DNA of 64,000 nucleotides from Gallionellaceae bacterium UBA2239 (GTDB lineage Bacteria > Pseudomonadota > Gammaproteobacteria > Burkholderiales > UBA9220), in contig DDYH01000069.1 of NCBI GenBank assembly GCA_002347615.1, positions 96,648 through 160,647 of the forward strand. Reading direction: 5' to 3'. Of this stretch, positions 49,091 to 59,738 are shown piece by piece (positions within the stretch are counted from its first letter, which is position 1; every line of letters starts with the position of its first letter). Under the pieces are notes generated by a model that worked only from the letters and a program-made list of their open reading frames with translations, did not search any database and was not told the DNA's origin. The position numbers and the translations under genes were made by a program.

Positions 49091-50182
49091 TCAGTGGGAG
49101 GTCTTCTTCATGGCGGCGATCTTGGCGCGGATGCGCTGTTCCAGTTCGTCCACCACGGTTTCCGGCTTGAGCTTGTCGCCCGGCTGGCCGTCCACGTACA
49201 GCAGCAGGTTGGGGGAGCCGCCGGTGACGCCGAGATGGGCCGCCTTGGCCTCGCCGGGGCCGTTCACCACGCAGCCGATGACGGCCACGTCCAGGTGCTC
49301 GGTCACGTCCTCCAGGCGCTCCTCCAGGGCGTTGACGGTCTTGATGACGTCGAACTCCTGGCGGGAGCAGGTGGGGCAGGCGATGATGTTGATGCCCTTC
49401 TGGCGCAGATGGAGGCTTTTCAGGATGTCGAACCCGACTTTCACCTCTTCCGCCACGTCCGCCGCCAGGGACACCCGCAGGGTATCGCCAATGCCCTGGG
49501 CCAGCAGCAGCCCCAGGCCCACCGCGGATTTGACGCTGCCGGAGCGCAAGCCGCCGGCTTCGGTGATGCCCAGGTGCAGGGGCTGCTCGATCTGCCCCGC
49601 GAGGAGTTTGTAGGCTTCCACGGTGGTGAACACGTCGGAAGCCTTGAGGCTGACCTTGAAGTCCGGGAAATTCAGCCGGTCGAGGATTTCGATATGGCGC
49701 AGGGCGGATTCCACCAGGGCTTCCGGGGTGGGCTCGCCGTACTTCTGCTGCAAATCCTTTTCCAGGGAACCGGCGTTGACCCCGATGCGGATGGAAATGC
49801 CGTGGTCCCGGGCGGATCCCACCACCGCCCGCACCCGGTCCTCGCGGCCGATGTTGCCAGGATTGATGCGCAGGCAGTCGGCGCCCAGCTCGGCCACCCG
49901 CAGGGCGATCTTGTAGTCGAAATGGATGTCGGTCACCAGGGGAACCGGGGACTGCTTCTTGATCTCGCCGAAGGCTTCCGCCGCCTCCATGGAGGGGACG
50001 GACACCCGCACGATGTCGGCGCCGGCCTTGGCCGAGCGGCGGATCTGCTCCACCGTCGCCGCCACGTCGCAGGTCTCGGTGTTGGTCATGGTCTGGACGC
50101 TGATGGGGGCGTCGCCGCCCACCAATACGTTGCCGACGCGGATTTGCCGGCTTTTCCGGCGGGGAATCTGGTAATGGAACAT
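49091..50182 (-). CDS. ispG: 4-hydroxy-3-methylbut-2-en-1-yl diphosphate synthase (flavodoxin)
   Basis: [28 protein letters not shown].. and ..[16 protein letters not shown] Fe-S ligands. Confidence 0.95.
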   Translation of the reverse strand: MFHYQIPRRKSRQIRVGNVLVGGDAPISVQTMTNTETCDVAATVEQIRRSAKAGADIVRVSVPSMEAAEAFGEIKKQSPVPLVTDIHFDYKIALRVAELGADCLRINPGNIGREDRVRAVVGSARDHGISIRIGVNAGSLEKDLQQKYGEPTPEALVESALRHIEILDRLNFPDFKVSLKASDVFTTVEAYKLLAGQIEQPLHLGITEAGGLRSGSVKSAVGLGLLLAQGIGDTLRVSLAADVAEEVKVGFDILKSLHLRQKGINIIACPTCSRQEFDVIKTVNALEERLEDVTEHLDVAVIGCVVNGPGEAKAAHLGVTGGSPNLLLYVDGQPGDKLKPETVVDELEQRIRAKIAAMKKTSH

Positions 50183-50186
50183 TGCG

Positions 50187-51044
50187 TCAGTCGAGTTTGA
50201 TGCGGGCCACTTCGGCCCGGGTGAAGGCCGTCAGGTCCACCGGCTTGCCCTTGTAATGCAGTTTGACCGACGGGGCGTTGCCGATCACCAAGTCGAAGGG
50301 CGGGTTGCCCTGTACCGTTTGCTGGGTGTTGGCGTGGTTCAGTTGGGAGAAGATGGTCTTGCCGTCCCGGTCCCGGATTTCCACCCAGGAATCGCCGCTG
50401 AAGGCGAGAGCCAGGCTGGGCAGGTTTCGGGTGTCCGCCTGGGCCACCGGGAGCACCGGGGCAGCAGGGGCTGCCGCCGGGGCGGGCAGGACAGGCGGTT
50501 CAGCCGGTTTGGGCGCCGGCGGGGCGGCCTCTGCCGACAAATGAGCGGGGGCCGCCTCAGGCTGGGGAAGCGGCAGCGGCGTTGCTTCGCCTACCGGCGC
50601 CGCCCGGCGATCGCCGCTCAGGGGCGACCATGCGTAGAGGGCATACCCTGCCAGCAGCAGCGCTCCCGCCAGGATCAGCCCATAGCGCACGGGGTGGTTC
50701 TTGGGATGCTCGGAAAAGCTGATCTGGGCATCCTGGGAGGCGATGACCTGGGCCGGCATCCGGGGACCGGTGTTCTGGTAGGCGTCCAGCATGGGCTGGG
50801 GGTCGGCGTGCAAGAGTTTGGCGTAGTTGCGGATGAAACCGCGCACGAAAGTGGGGCCGGGCAGCTTGCTGAAATCATCCGCCTCCAGGGCCTCAAGCTG
50901 ACGGGCTCCCAGCTTGAGTTGGCGCGCCGCGTCGGCAATAGTGATCCCCGTGGCTTCCCGTGCCTCCCGCAGCAGGTGGCCGACGCTGGGCGGCGGCGCC
51001 GGCTCAACGGTTTCCGGAGCGTGTTCTTGTTCCAGCTCTTCCAT
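50187..51044 (-). CDS. rodZ: Cytoskeleton protein RodZ (HTH plus TM plus C-terminal domain)
   Basis: [58 protein letters not shown]. Position is between pilW and ispG. Confidence 0.85.
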   Translation of the reverse strand: MEELEQEHAPETVEPAPPPSVGHLLREAREATGITIADAARQLKLGARQLEALEADDFSKLPGPTFVRGFIRNYAKLLHADPQPMLDAYQNTGPRMPAQVIASQDAQISFSEHPKNHPVRYGLILAGALLLAGYALYAWSPLSGDRRAAPVGEATPLPLPQPEAAPAHLSAEAAPPAPKPAEPPVLPAPAAAPAAPVLPVAQADTRNLPSLALAFSGDSWVEIRDRDGKTIFSQLNHANTQQTVQGNPPFDLVIGNAPSVKLHYKGKPVDLTAFTRAEVARIKLD

Positions 51045-51859
51045 CAGTCGTACCGTCCTTCCCGAAGCATTTGCGCTTCCCCGGAATCCGGATAGCGCTT
51101 GCGCAACATGAAGCCGTACTGCGCCTCGCTGTTCCTATCCCCCCCCTTGCGCGCGATGCGCACCGCCAGCCACAGGTTTTCCGCCGAAGGCTCGGCAACC
51201 AACTGCATGTAACGTTCGATGTAGCGCTTCCCCTCACCGTAATCGGATCGTTTGTAGGCAATCTCGGCCAGGAAATACAGGGCCGGTGCCAAGCGCGGCT
51301 GCAACTGCAAGGCCTTATGGAAATAGCCCTCCGCCGCTGCCTCTTCGTGCTGCTTGAGGGAACAGATGCCGGCATTGAGGTAGGGTTTCTCGGGTGTGGC
51401 ATAGAGAGGGTTTTTCAGGGCCGCCATGAAATGGCCGATGGCTTCCTTGGGCTGGCCGTTCTGGCACAGGAACCAGCCGTAGTTGTTCTGGGCCTCGGAA
51501 TCCTTGGGTGCGATGCTGACCGCCCGCTCGAAATGACGCCGAGCCAGGTCGGTTTCCTTCAACTGCATGTACACCAGGCCGAGGACATTGTGCGCCGGAG
51601 CGTAGCTCGAATCGGACTCGATCGCCTCGTTCAGCTCCTGGATCGCGACGCCCAGCTGTCCCCGGGCGAAATAGGCCGCCCCCAGTTCGGTGTGGACTTG
51701 GGCGCGGTAGGTGGGCGACATGGGCGTACCCTCCTCCTGGGTGCCGTTGGAGGCCATGGTATTGCCCAGGGTGCCCAGGACCAGGCTCGTTCCCAGGTCA
51801 GCGTGGGCCGGCCAGACCTGCGCCAGAAGGAAAAGCCCAAAGGCCAGTCGGCGTATCAC
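51044..51859 (-). CDS. pilW: TPR protein, type IV pilus biogenesis/stability PilW (PilF)-like
   Basis: TPR repeats ([37 protein letters not shown]..) in the conserved rlmN-pilW-rodZ position. The proposed GTG start at 51859 overlaps the rlmN stop. I see no clear lipobox Cys. Confidence 0.6.
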   Translation of the reverse strand: MIRRLAFGLFLLAQVWPAHADLGTSLVLGTLGNTMASNGTQEEGTPMSPTYRAQVHTELGAAYFARGQLGVAIQELNEAIESDSSYAPAHNVLGLVYMQLKETDLARRHFERAVSIAPKDSEAQNNYGWFLCQNGQPKEAIGHFMAALKNPLYATPEKPYLNAGICSLKQHEEAAAEGYFHKALQLQPRLAPALYFLAEIAYKRSDYGEGKRYIERYMQLVAEPSAENLWLAVRIARKGGDRNSEAQYGFMLRKRYPDSGEAQMLREGRYD

Positions 51860-52938
51860 AGGGAAGCCTCCCCGGCCTTTTCCCGGCGGCGGGATTTGTC
51901 CTGCACCTTGCCCGCCAGTTGGCCACAGGCGGCGTCGATGTCGTCGCCCCGGGTCTTGCGGGTGGTGGTGATGATGCCGGCATCCATCAGCAGCTGCTGG
52001 AAGCGACGCACCGTTTCCGGCTTGGAACGGCCGAAGCCGGAGCCGGCGAAGGGATTGAACGGAATCAGGTTGAACTTGCACGGCACGTCCCGGACCAGGG
52101 CGATCAGTTCCCGGGCGTGGGCATCGGTATCGTTGACGCCGTCCAGCAGCACGTATTCGAAGGTGATGAAGTCCCGGGGCGCCTTTTCCACATAACGGCG
52201 GCAGGCGGCCATCAGTTCCTTCAGGGGGTATTTCTGGTTGATCGGCACCAGCCGATTGCGCAGTTCGTCGTTGGGGGCGTGAAGGGATACCGCCAGGGCC
52301 ACCGGGCAGCGCTCCCCCAGCCGGTCCATGGCCGGCACGATGCCGGAGGTGCTCACCGTCACCCGGCGCCGGGACAGGCCGTAGCCGAAATCGTCCAGCA
52401 TCAGGTCGAGGGCGGTGACCAGGTTGTCGAAATTCAGCAGGGGCTCGCCCATGCCCATCAGCACCACGTTGCTGATGATGCGCTCCCCTTTCGGATCGCG
52501 GCCCAGGGCCTTGTTGGCCCACCACAGCTGGCCGATGATTTCGGACGCTTCCAGGTTGCGGTTGAAGCCCTGCTTGCCGGTGGAGCAGAAGGCGCATTCC
52601 AGGGCGCAGCCCACCTGGGTGGAGACACACAGAGTGCCGCGGTCGTCCTCGGGGATGAACACCGCTTCCACCGCGTTGCCGAGGTCGGTGCCCAGCAGCC
52701 ACTTGCGGGTGCCGTCGGCGGACTGCTGCTCCCGCAGCAGCTGCGGCGGTTCGACGTGGGCAATTCCTGCCAACTTCTCCCGCAAGGCCTTGGAAAGGTC
52801 GCTCATGGCCGCAAAGTCGCGCTCGCCGTACTGGTGAATCCAGCGCAGCAATTGCTTGGCGCGGAACGGCTTTTCCCCGGCCTCCTCAAGGAAGGCCGAC
52901 AGGCGTTGCAGGTTGAAGTCGAGCAGGTTTACCGTCAT
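51856..52938 (-). CDS. rlmN: 23S rRNA/tRNA m2A methyltransferase RlmN (radical SAM)
   Basis: [14 protein letters not shown].., the radical SAM motif [11 protein letters not shown], and ..GMGEPL.. Confidence 0.93.
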   Translation of the reverse strand: MTVNLLDFNLQRLSAFLEEAGEKPFRAKQLLRWIHQYGERDFAAMSDLSKALREKLAGIAHVEPPQLLREQQSADGTRKWLLGTDLGNAVEAVFIPEDDRGTLCVSTQVGCALECAFCSTGKQGFNRNLEASEIIGQLWWANKALGRDPKGERIISNVVLMGMGEPLLNFDNLVTALDLMLDDFGYGLSRRRVTVSTSGIVPAMDRLGERCPVALAVSLHAPNDELRNRLVPINQKYPLKELMAACRRYVEKAPRDFITFEYVLLDGVNDTDAHARELIALVRDVPCKFNLIPFNPFAGSGFGRSKPETVRRFQQLLMDAGIITTTRKTRGDDIDAACGQLAGKVQDKSRRREKAGEASL

Positions 52939-53363
52939 TAACGGGAGTAGACGTTCATCGCCGGGAAGAAGTAGGAAATTTCCACCTTGGCGGTGTCGGG
53001 ACCGTCGGAACCGTGCACGGCGTTGGCGTCGATGCTCTCGGCGAAATCGGCGCGGATGGTGCCGGCTTCCGCCTTCTTCGGATCGGTGGCGCCCATCAGG
53101 TCGCGGTTCTTCTGGATGGCGCTTTCGCCTTCCAGCACTTGCACCATCACCGGGCCGGAAATCATGAAGTCCACCAGGTCCTTGAAGAAGGGGCGCTCTT
53201 TGTGCACGGCGTAGAAGCCCTCGGCTTCGGCGCGGGACAGGTGCATCAGGCGGGCGGCGACGATCTTGAGCCCGTTGCTCTCGAAGCGAGAGTAAATCTT
53301 GCCGATCACGTTCTTGGCCACGGCATCGGGTTTGATAATCGACAAGGTGCGCTCAACTGCCAT
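52938..53363 (-). CDS. ndk: Nucleoside-diphosphate kinase
   Basis: [35 protein letters not shown]. 141 aa. Confidence 0.97.
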   Translation of the reverse strand: MAVERTLSIIKPDAVAKNVIGKIYSRFESNGLKIVAARLMHLSRAEAEGFYAVHKERPFFKDLVDFMISGPVMVQVLEGESAIQKNRDLMGATDPKKAEAGTIRADFAESIDANAVHGSDGPDTAKVEISYFFPAMNVYSR

Positions 53364-53526
53364 AATGATTCTCTCCAAATGGTTTTTCAGGGGATAAAAT
53401 TGCCCGGTAAAATACCACGTTAGGCGAACAAAATAAACCGTTTTCGGGCTATCGGGGCCGAAGAAGGCGCCAAGAAAAAATAGGACGGGGATCGGCCCGC
53501 CGTATTTTTCCCGGACCGACCGGCGG

Positions 53527-55149
53527 TCAATCGGGAATAGCGTCCAGCATGTCCTGGAACTGGCCGCACATCTTCTCGCTCGGATCGAGCTTGAGGACCC
53601 GATCGATGCTTTCCCGTACCTCTCGCACCATGCCGTTCTCCTTGCCATGCGTCTTCATGAACAGAATCATGACGTAGGCAAGGTTGAGCAGGATGCGCTT
53701 GTTGTTGGGCAGCATGGTCTTGGCGTTGCGCAGCAGTTCCACGGCTTCTTCCAGCTTCCCATCCCGGGCCAGCTGGACGCCTTGGTTGTTGGTTTCAGCC
53801 ACTTCGCGGCGTGAGGCTTCCACCAGCTTCAGGCCCTCTTCCTGCAAATTGCCCTTGGCGAACACCTCCTTCACCTGGCCCAGGAGTTTCTCGCTCTCGT
53901 GGTTGTTCTGCACTACCACCTTGAGCAGCTTGGAGGCGGTTTCCTTGTCCCCGGTTTCCATGATCAGTTCCGCCGCCTCCACCGTCACGCCGGCAGGCAT
54001 GCGGGTGGCCGCGTCGCTCATGGCCGTGGCCACCTCCGCCGCCACTTTGCGGGCATTCACCAGATCGCCGGCCTTGCGGTAGACGTGCCCTTCCACCACC
54101 TTGGCATGGAGGGTGGTCTCGGCGGAGTCGAAATGCTTGTGCACGTCTCCCAGCACCTTCAGGGCTTCGGCGTGGTTGTCCTTGTCGGAGCAGATTTTGG
54201 CCAGGCCGATATAGGCCACAGGGGTCTTGAGGACCGAGTTCTCGCCCAGAGTGATGGTCTTGCGGAAGGCCTTCTCGGCCGTATCCAGGTCGCCCCGCCG
54301 GTGGGCAATTTCCCCCAAGGATTTCTGGCGGGTCACGGAGTTGGGCGACAGCTCGGCGCTGCGCACCAGCACCCGCTGGGCCTCGCCTAGTTCACCCACC
54401 TCTTCCAGCGTCTTGGCCAGCCAGTCGTACCCTTCCAGGTACGCGCGGTTTTCCTCTACCACCGCGTTCAACAACTGGCGCGCCATGTCGTAGTCCTTGG
54501 TCAGGTGATAGACCTTGGCCAAGCCGGTTTTCGCCCAGGGCACGTCCCGTTGCGCCAGAATCTGTTCGAACAGCTTCTTGGCCTTGTCGTACTGGCCGGT
54601 GCTGAGGAGCAGGCTGGATTTCATGCGCAGCAAGTCGGAGGCATAGCCGGAACGGTTGGCCAACTGCTCGTCGCACAGGCTGATGGCGCGATTGAAATCC
54701 TTGGCGCGCACCGCCTTCTCGATCTCGTGAAACGCCTCCTTGCGGGTGAGTATCTTGACCAAGCGGCTCTTCATGGTGGCCTCGTTCACCGGCTTCACGA
54801 TGTAGTCGTCCGGGGTGTACTCCGCGGCCCCCATCACCATTTCGGTGGTCTTTTCCGCCGACACCATCATCCAGGCGGTGGTCAGGCCGATCAGGTTGCG
54901 GAATTTTGCTTCCTCCAGGACCTGCTGGCCGTTCTTGCCCGCCCCCAGGTTGTAGTCGCACAACACCACGTCGTACCGTCCCTTGTCCAGCAGCGCAATG
55001 GCCTCGCCGCCATTGGACGCCATGTCGATTTCCCTGGCGCCGAAGGACTTGAGCATTTCCCGCAACATGGTGCGCATGCCTGGAAAGTCATCGATGATAA
55101 GGAAACGCCTGCCCGAGAATACCTCGTGGCCTTCAGTCACGATTGCCAT
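53527..55149 (-). CDS. Response regulator: receiver domain fused to a long TPR/helical-repeat domain
   Basis: [30 protein letters not shown] (phospho-acceptor Asp)..YIVKP, then about 400 aa of TPR-like repeats. There is no DNA-binding or enzymatic output domain. Confidence 0.85.
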   Translation of the reverse strand: MAIVTEGHEVFSGRRFLIIDDFPGMRTMLREMLKSFGAREIDMASNGGEAIALLDKGRYDVVLCDYNLGAGKNGQQVLEEAKFRNLIGLTTAWMMVSAEKTTEMVMGAAEYTPDDYIVKPVNEATMKSRLVKILTRKEAFHEIEKAVRAKDFNRAISLCDEQLANRSGYASDLLRMKSSLLLSTGQYDKAKKLFEQILAQRDVPWAKTGLAKVYHLTKDYDMARQLLNAVVEENRAYLEGYDWLAKTLEEVGELGEAQRVLVRSAELSPNSVTRQKSLGEIAHRRGDLDTAEKAFRKTITLGENSVLKTPVAYIGLAKICSDKDNHAEALKVLGDVHKHFDSAETTLHAKVVEGHVYRKAGDLVNARKVAAEVATAMSDAATRMPAGVTVEAAELIMETGDKETASKLLKVVVQNNHESEKLLGQVKEVFAKGNLQEEGLKLVEASRREVAETNNQGVQLARDGKLEEAVELLRNAKTMLPNNKRILLNLAYVMILFMKTHGKENGMVREVRESIDRVLKLDPSEKMCGQFQDMLDAIPD

Positions 55150-55250
55150 CGCAAAACCTCATTCTTGTTGTGGAACTCTCCGGCACAAAGACCGGAAGCT
55201 TCCTCGTAATGGGCGCCTTCGGCGCCCTTGTGCCTTGCGCTGGGGGTCGA

Positions 55251-55985
55251 TTACGGCAGACGCAGCACGAAGCAGCCGCCGCCGAACTTGCCCCCGTTTT
55301 CCAGCAGGATATCGCCGGTTCGGCCCTGGTTCTTGTGCATTTTCGCCACGATGGACGAGAAATAAAGGCCCAGGCCGGTGCTGCCGGTATTGAAGCTCAC
55401 CCCCCGGTTCACCTTAATCCCTTCCTCCAGCATGCCCGGGGGGTATCCCCGGCCGTTGTCCTCAACGCGGAACTCCAGTTGGCCGTCCACTTCCGCCGCC
55501 GCCAACCGGAGTTTGTCCTGGGTATAGCGGGTCGCATTGTTGAGCGCATGGTTCAGCACCCCGGACACCAGTTCCCGGTCGAAATACCAGTACAGGTCGT
55601 CCGGAATATCCATCTCCAACTGGACCCCCTGGGTGTCCATGAGCGCCCGGTTTTGCTGCTCGATCTCGGTCATGAATTCTTCGAGGGAATTCTCGGTCAG
55701 GTCGAAGGGATAGAATTTCTTGTCCACCTTGTACAGGGTCAGCAACTGGATCAGATTGCTGTTGACCCGTTTCACCTCGTACAGCATGGGCGCCATTTGC
55801 TTGCAGATGGGGTGGTCTTTCACCTCGGGCTCCACCAGCTTTTCTTCCATGAAGTTGACCAGCATGCTGATCGAATTCTTCATGTCGTGAATAGCCGAGG
55901 CGAGAAATGCCGTAAGCTCGGGGGGTTGCTGCTGATCGGATGTCTCCACGGGGGCTCCCTTCGCGTTTGTTATTTTGCATCCCAT
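55251..55985 (-). CDS. Soluble histidine kinase (DHp plus HATPase only, no sensor domain)
   Basis: H-box FLASAIHDMKNS, N-box LNHALNNATRY, G1 VEDNGRGY, G2 GSTGLGLYF. The start is ATG 55985, or GTG 55949 preceded by AAGGGAG. Confidence 0.8.
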   Translation of the reverse strand: MGCKITNAKGAPVETSDQQQPPELTAFLASAIHDMKNSISMLVNFMEEKLVEPEVKDHPICKQMAPMLYEVKRVNSNLIQLLTLYKVDKKFYPFDLTENSLEEFMTEIEQQNRALMDTQGVQLEMDIPDDLYWYFDRELVSGVLNHALNNATRYTQDKLRLAAAEVDGQLEFRVEDNGRGYPPGMLEEGIKVNRGVSFNTGSTGLGLYFSSIVAKMHKNQGRTGDILLENGGKFGGGCFVLRLP

Positions 55986-56120
55986 TATATGCGACGGTTG
56001 CTGGAAAAATACTTTGAATATGGCCCCTGGCGGCGCTGCGGCGTCTTGACCGAGGGGGCGATCCGGCGTTAAATAGGCGCCAACCCGCATAAATCAATAA
56101 CAAATTGAAGGATTAAGCCG

Positions 56121-56843
56121 ATGGCGGAGCAACCCGCGTCCCCCGATCCGATTCTCCACGATCCCCAGGATGACCTTCGCAAGCGTGCCATGCGGCGCCT
56201 CATTGCCGCCATCGTGCTGATCGCCGCCGCCGTGGCGGCGCTGACCTTCCTCAGCAACTATTCCCCCGAAAAGCCGGCTACGCCGTCTCCGCAACAAACG
56301 GCCGCCGTTCCCGAAAAACCCGTGCCGACCGAACCCCCTCCGGTCGAGCCGCCAGTCGAGGAGCCCCCCGTGCAGCCCGCGGAAGCCCCGCCCGCGCTGG
56401 CAGAGGCCGCTCCGGTAGCGGAACCGCCTCCTCCGCCCCGGGTGGCGCCCGAACCGAGCAAGGCCCCGATCCGACCAGCCGCCCTTCCTGCCGCCTCGAA
56501 GCCCGCCCCCTCCTCCGCCGCTCCCCGTGAACGCTTGGTCGAGCAGCCCGCCGCCAGACCCGCGGCGGCAGAAAAAGCCGCTCCTCCCCGAGCCGTGGAA
56601 CGGCAGCCCGCCCCGCCGCCCCCCCAGGAACCCGCCCCCAAGGGGTACGTGGTCCAGTTGGGCGTGTTCACCAATTACGACAATGCCCGGCAGCTCCAGG
56701 AGCGCCTGGCGCAAAACGGCATCAAGTCTTACACCGAAACCCGCCTTAACGTGGGGCCTTTCCAGAACAAGGCCGAAGCCGACCGGGCATTGGCGAAACT
56801 GCGTAGCCTGGGAATCAGCGCCGTGGTGGCGCCGACCCACTGA
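56121..56843 (+). CDS. SPOR domain-containing cell-division protein (DedD-like)
   Basis: N-terminal TM helix, a Pro/Ala-rich linker, and a C-terminal SPOR domain (YVVQLGVFTNYDNARQLQERL..GPFQNKAEADRALAKLRSLG). Confidence 0.85.
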   Translation: MAEQPASPDPILHDPQDDLRKRAMRRLIAAIVLIAAAVAALTFLSNYSPEKPATPSPQQTAAVPEKPVPTEPPPVEPPVEEPPVQPAEAPPALAEAAPVAEPPPPPRVAPEPSKAPIRPAALPAASKPAPSSAAPRERLVEQPAARPAAAEKAAPPRAVERQPAPPPPQEPAPKGYVVQLGVFTNYDNARQLQERLAQNGIKSYTETRLNVGPFQNKAEADRALAKLRSLGISAVVAPTH

Positions 56844-56866
56844 TCGGTCGCGGCACTCAATCGGGG

Positions 56867-58207
56867 TTAGACGGCGTCGGAAACGCGGACGATCACCCCG
56901 GCCTCCCCGGGGGAGGCCCAATAGCGGCAATCAATGCCGATTTCCGGCACCCACACCAAATCCTCGCCGCAGAACAGCAGGGGTAGGTTTTCCCGGCGCC
57001 AGGGAGGAATCGCCGCCTCCTGGAGGAGATTTTTCAGGCTGCGGCTGGGGCGGCCGCAAGCGGGGCGGAAGCGCTCCCCCCCTTGGCGGGCGCGAATCGT
57101 GACCGGCTGGGCGGCAAGGGCCTCCAGGCGGATTCCCGTCCCCTCCACCCGCTCGAAACACAGGCGGACACCGGGCAAGGCCAGTTCGTCCTCGCCGCCC
57201 CAGGGAGTCCGCATTTCCGATGGAAAATCCGGGGAGCGCCTTGCTCCATCGACCCAGCCCCGGTAGCGGCGAATCTCGTAATCGCCGAAGCGCACGCGGA
57301 CGTGGGCCCCCTCCCCCGCCTCCCGCAACTGGCGCACCGCCTCCTCCAGCCGGGAGGTGTCGGGAAGGGGGACCTGGCGCTGGGCGAGATAGTGGCGCAG
57401 CAGGTTTTTCGCCCGGGGAAAGCTGAGCTGCCGCAGCAGTTCCCCGTCGAGCATCCCGTCGCGAATGCCCTGCCTGCCGTCCAACTGGGCTAACTCATCC
57501 AGCAGATGCGCCGTTTCGGCCAGATGCCGGCTCGCCCGGCCCAGGGTCTGGCGGTAGGCGGGAAAACGCCGCTCCAGCACCGGAAACACCTCATGGCGCA
57601 GAAAGTTGCGGTCGAAACCCACGTCCTCGTTGCTTTCGTCCTCTTCCCAGGCCAGACCTCTCACCTTCGCGTATTCCCGCAGCGTATCCCGGGGCACATC
57701 CAGCAAGGGGCGGAGCAGAATCTTGTCCCCCGACCGCCTCGCTTCCGGCATGGCCGCCAAACCCTTGGCGCCAGCACCCCGCAGCAGTTGAAGCAAAAGC
57801 GTCTCCGCCTGGTCGTCCAGGTGCTGGGCGAGCAGCAGCAGGTCGGCGGAAGCGGAGGCCAGGGCCCGGTAGCGGGCCTCCCGGGCGGCCGCTTCCAGGC
57901 TCTCGCCCGGTTTGCGGGAAACGTCCACCCGGCGCGCTTCGAAGGGAATGCCATGGGCGGCGCAGAGGCCGGCGCAGAACGCCTCCCAGCGGTCGGCCCG
58001 GGGGCTCAGGCCATGGTGGACGTGAAAAGCGGAAAAATCGAAGCCGAGGGGTTGCCGCAGATCAAGGAGGAGATGGAACAGGACGACGGAATCCAGTCCG
58101 CCGCTCAGGGCCAGCGCCACCTGCCTTCGGGGCAGCTCATGGCGCAGGAGGAGAGTGGCTACATGAGCGGCGAGGTCATCAGGCCGCAGCCTCTTTGAAC
58201 TTGCCAT
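56867..58207 (-). CDS. tilS: tRNA(Ile)-lysidine synthase
   Basis: PP-loop [11 protein letters not shown], then ..[10 protein letters not shown]-like [20 protein letters not shown]. Downstream of accA as in many proteobacteria. Confidence 0.9.
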   Translation of the reverse strand: MASSKRLRPDDLAAHVATLLLRHELPRRQVALALSGGLDSVVLFHLLLDLRQPLGFDFSAFHVHHGLSPRADRWEAFCAGLCAAHGIPFEARRVDVSRKPGESLEAAAREARYRALASASADLLLLAQHLDDQAETLLLQLLRGAGAKGLAAMPEARRSGDKILLRPLLDVPRDTLREYAKVRGLAWEEDESNEDVGFDRNFLRHEVFPVLERRFPAYRQTLGRASRHLAETAHLLDELAQLDGRQGIRDGMLDGELLRQLSFPRAKNLLRHYLAQRQVPLPDTSRLEEAVRQLREAGEGAHVRVRFGDYEIRRYRGWVDGARRSPDFPSEMRTPWGGEDELALPGVRLCFERVEGTGIRLEALAAQPVTIRARQGGERFRPACGRPSRSLKNLLQEAAIPPWRRENLPLLFCGEDLVWVPEIGIDCRYWASPGEAGVIVRVSDAV

Positions 58208-59144
58208 AGTCCATGAGCCGCTGGTAACGGCTCTTGAGCAGTTCGTCGGCGGACTTGCCCTGCAGCGGGTGCAGGCTGTCCTGCAGGGCCTTCTTCATGG
58301 CCTGCATCAGGGTGTCGAAGTCGCGATGGGCGCCGCCCAGGGGCTCGCTGATGATCTTGTCGATGAGGCCCAGGGTTTTGAGGCGCTGGGAGGTAATGCC
58401 CAGGGTTTCCGCCGCCTCGGAGGCCTTTTCCGCACTCTTCCACAGGATGGAGGCGCAGCCTTCGGGGGAGATCACCGAGTAGGTGGAATACTGCAGCATC
58501 TGCACCACGTCCCCGATGCCGATGGCCAGGGCGCCGCCGGAGCCGCCCTCGCCGATCACGGTGCACACCACCGGCACCCGCAGCTTGGACATCTCGTACA
58601 GGTTACGGGCGATGGCCTCGGACTGGCCCCGCTCTTCCGCCCCGATGCCGGGGTAGGCGCCGGGAGTGTCGATGAAGGTCAGCACCGGGGTGCCGAACTT
58701 CTCCGCCAGGTGCATCAGGCGCAGGGCCTTGCGATAGCCCTCGGGGCGGGGCATGCCGAAGTTGCGGTAGATTTTTTCCTTGGTGTCGCGGCCCTTCTGG
58801 TGGCCGATCACCATCACCGGCTGGCCGTTGAAGCGGGCGAAACCGCCGACGATGGCAGGGTCGTCGGCATAGGCGCGGTCGCCGTGCAATTCCTCGAAAT
58901 CGGTGAAAATCGCCTGGAGGTAGTCCAGGGTGTAGGGGCGCTGAGGGTGACGTGCCACCTGGGAAACCTGCCACGCCGTCAGCTTGCCGTAGATGTCCTT
59001 GGTCAGCGTCGCGCTCTTCTTTTGCAGGCGGGCGATCTCTTCGGAGATGTCCACCGCCGAATCCTCCTGCACGAAGCGCAGCTCTTCGATCTTGGCCTCC
59101 AACTCGGCAATCGGCTGCTCAAAATCCAGAAAAGTGGTTTTCAT
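58179..59144 (-). CDS. accA: Acetyl-CoA carboxylase carboxyltransferase subunit alpha
   Basis: [51 protein letters not shown]. Confidence 0.95.
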   Translation of the reverse strand: MKTTFLDFEQPIAELEAKIEELRFVQEDSAVDISEEIARLQKKSATLTKDIYGKLTAWQVSQVARHPQRPYTLDYLQAIFTDFEELHGDRAYADDPAIVGGFARFNGQPVMVIGHQKGRDTKEKIYRNFGMPRPEGYRKALRLMHLAEKFGTPVLTFIDTPGAYPGIGAEERGQSEAIARNLYEMSKLRVPVVCTVIGEGGSGGALAIGIGDVVQMLQYSTYSVISPEGCASILWKSAEKASEAAETLGITSQRLKTLGLIDKIISEPLGGAHRDFDTLMQAMKKALQDSLHPLQGKSADELLKSRYQRLMDYGKFKEAAA

Positions 59145-59205
59145 ACAAATCGCTTGAAACTGGAAAGGAGCCAATCATACCGTATTGCCGGCCATCCTGC
59201 ACGGC

Positions 59206-59234
59206 CCGGCAAAGCTTGCCGGCAAGCCTTGCCG
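59206..59234. promoter_or_regulatory. Two overlapping GGCAA-N3-TTGCC palindromes (candidate activator or operator sites)
   Basis: CCGGCAAagcTTGCCGGCAAgccTTGCCG, 80-110 bp upstream of the sigma-54-like promoter and about 60-90 bp upstream of the accA ATG on the other strand. Confidence 0.35.
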
Positions 59235-59313
59235 CAGCGCTTACCGGGTTCAAAAAGCCCTTAAGATTTCACCGTTTTGCACGTTATATCCAGCAAGAGC
59301 TGCGCATTTGAAC

Positions 59314-59330
59314 CTGGCATGACAGTTGCT
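59314..59330 (+). promoter_or_regulatory. Sigma-54 (RpoN) -24/-12 promoter
   Basis: CTGGCATGACAGTTGCT against the consensus YTGGCACGRNNNTTGCW. The GG-N10-GC spacing is exact and there is one mismatch. It lies 37 nt upstream of the 59367 ATG, which has a GGAG SD. Confidence 0.6.
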
Positions 59331-59366
59331 GGTCATAGGGTGCAGAAACAAGGATCGGAGGACATC

Positions 59367-59558
59367 ATGAATACCGCAAACTTCCTCTCCCGCTTCGACG
59401 CCGGAATGATTTCCAGCGAGCGAGAGCTGGCGGAAGGCTTCCAGAGGCTGCTCAACAGCGGCCAGCTGTGGAAGCTGCAGGGGCGTTACGTGAGCAAAGC
59501 CCTCGGCCTGATCGACGTTGGCCTGTGCTACGTGCCCGGCCAGATTTACGAGAATTAG
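59367..59558 (+). CDS. Hypothetical small protein (63 aa)
   Basis: MNTANFLSRFDAGMISSERELAEGFQRLLNSGQLWKLQGRYVSKALGLIDVGLCYVPGQIYEN. There is a GGAG SD 6 nt upstream. I cannot assign a family with confidence. Confidence 0.55.
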   Translation: MNTANFLSRFDAGMISSERELAEGFQRLLNSGQLWKLQGRYVSKALGLIDVGLCYVPGQIYEN

Positions 59559-59563
59559 ATTAA

Positions 59564-59738
59564 ACCCAGATTATCCATTAGGACGCGAGATGATGGCGAG
59601 GTGGGTTGCGAGACAGTTTCGTTGCTTGCGAGGAGTTCATGGTTATTCCATGGACGACGAACAAGCGGCGAAAATGGCCGCAAACCGGCCGCCAGCGCTC
59701 GCGTAGGCGCGAAGCGCCGCCTAATGGATAATCTGGGT
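59564..59738. mobile_element. MITE-like 175-bp palindromic element, copy 2
   Basis: Same sequence and orientation as 19214-19388 with 3 substitutions. It has a perfect 19-bp TIR (ACCCAGATTATCCATTAGG) and TAA on both flanks. Its right TIR supplies the last codons and the stop of rimO. Confidence 0.75.
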
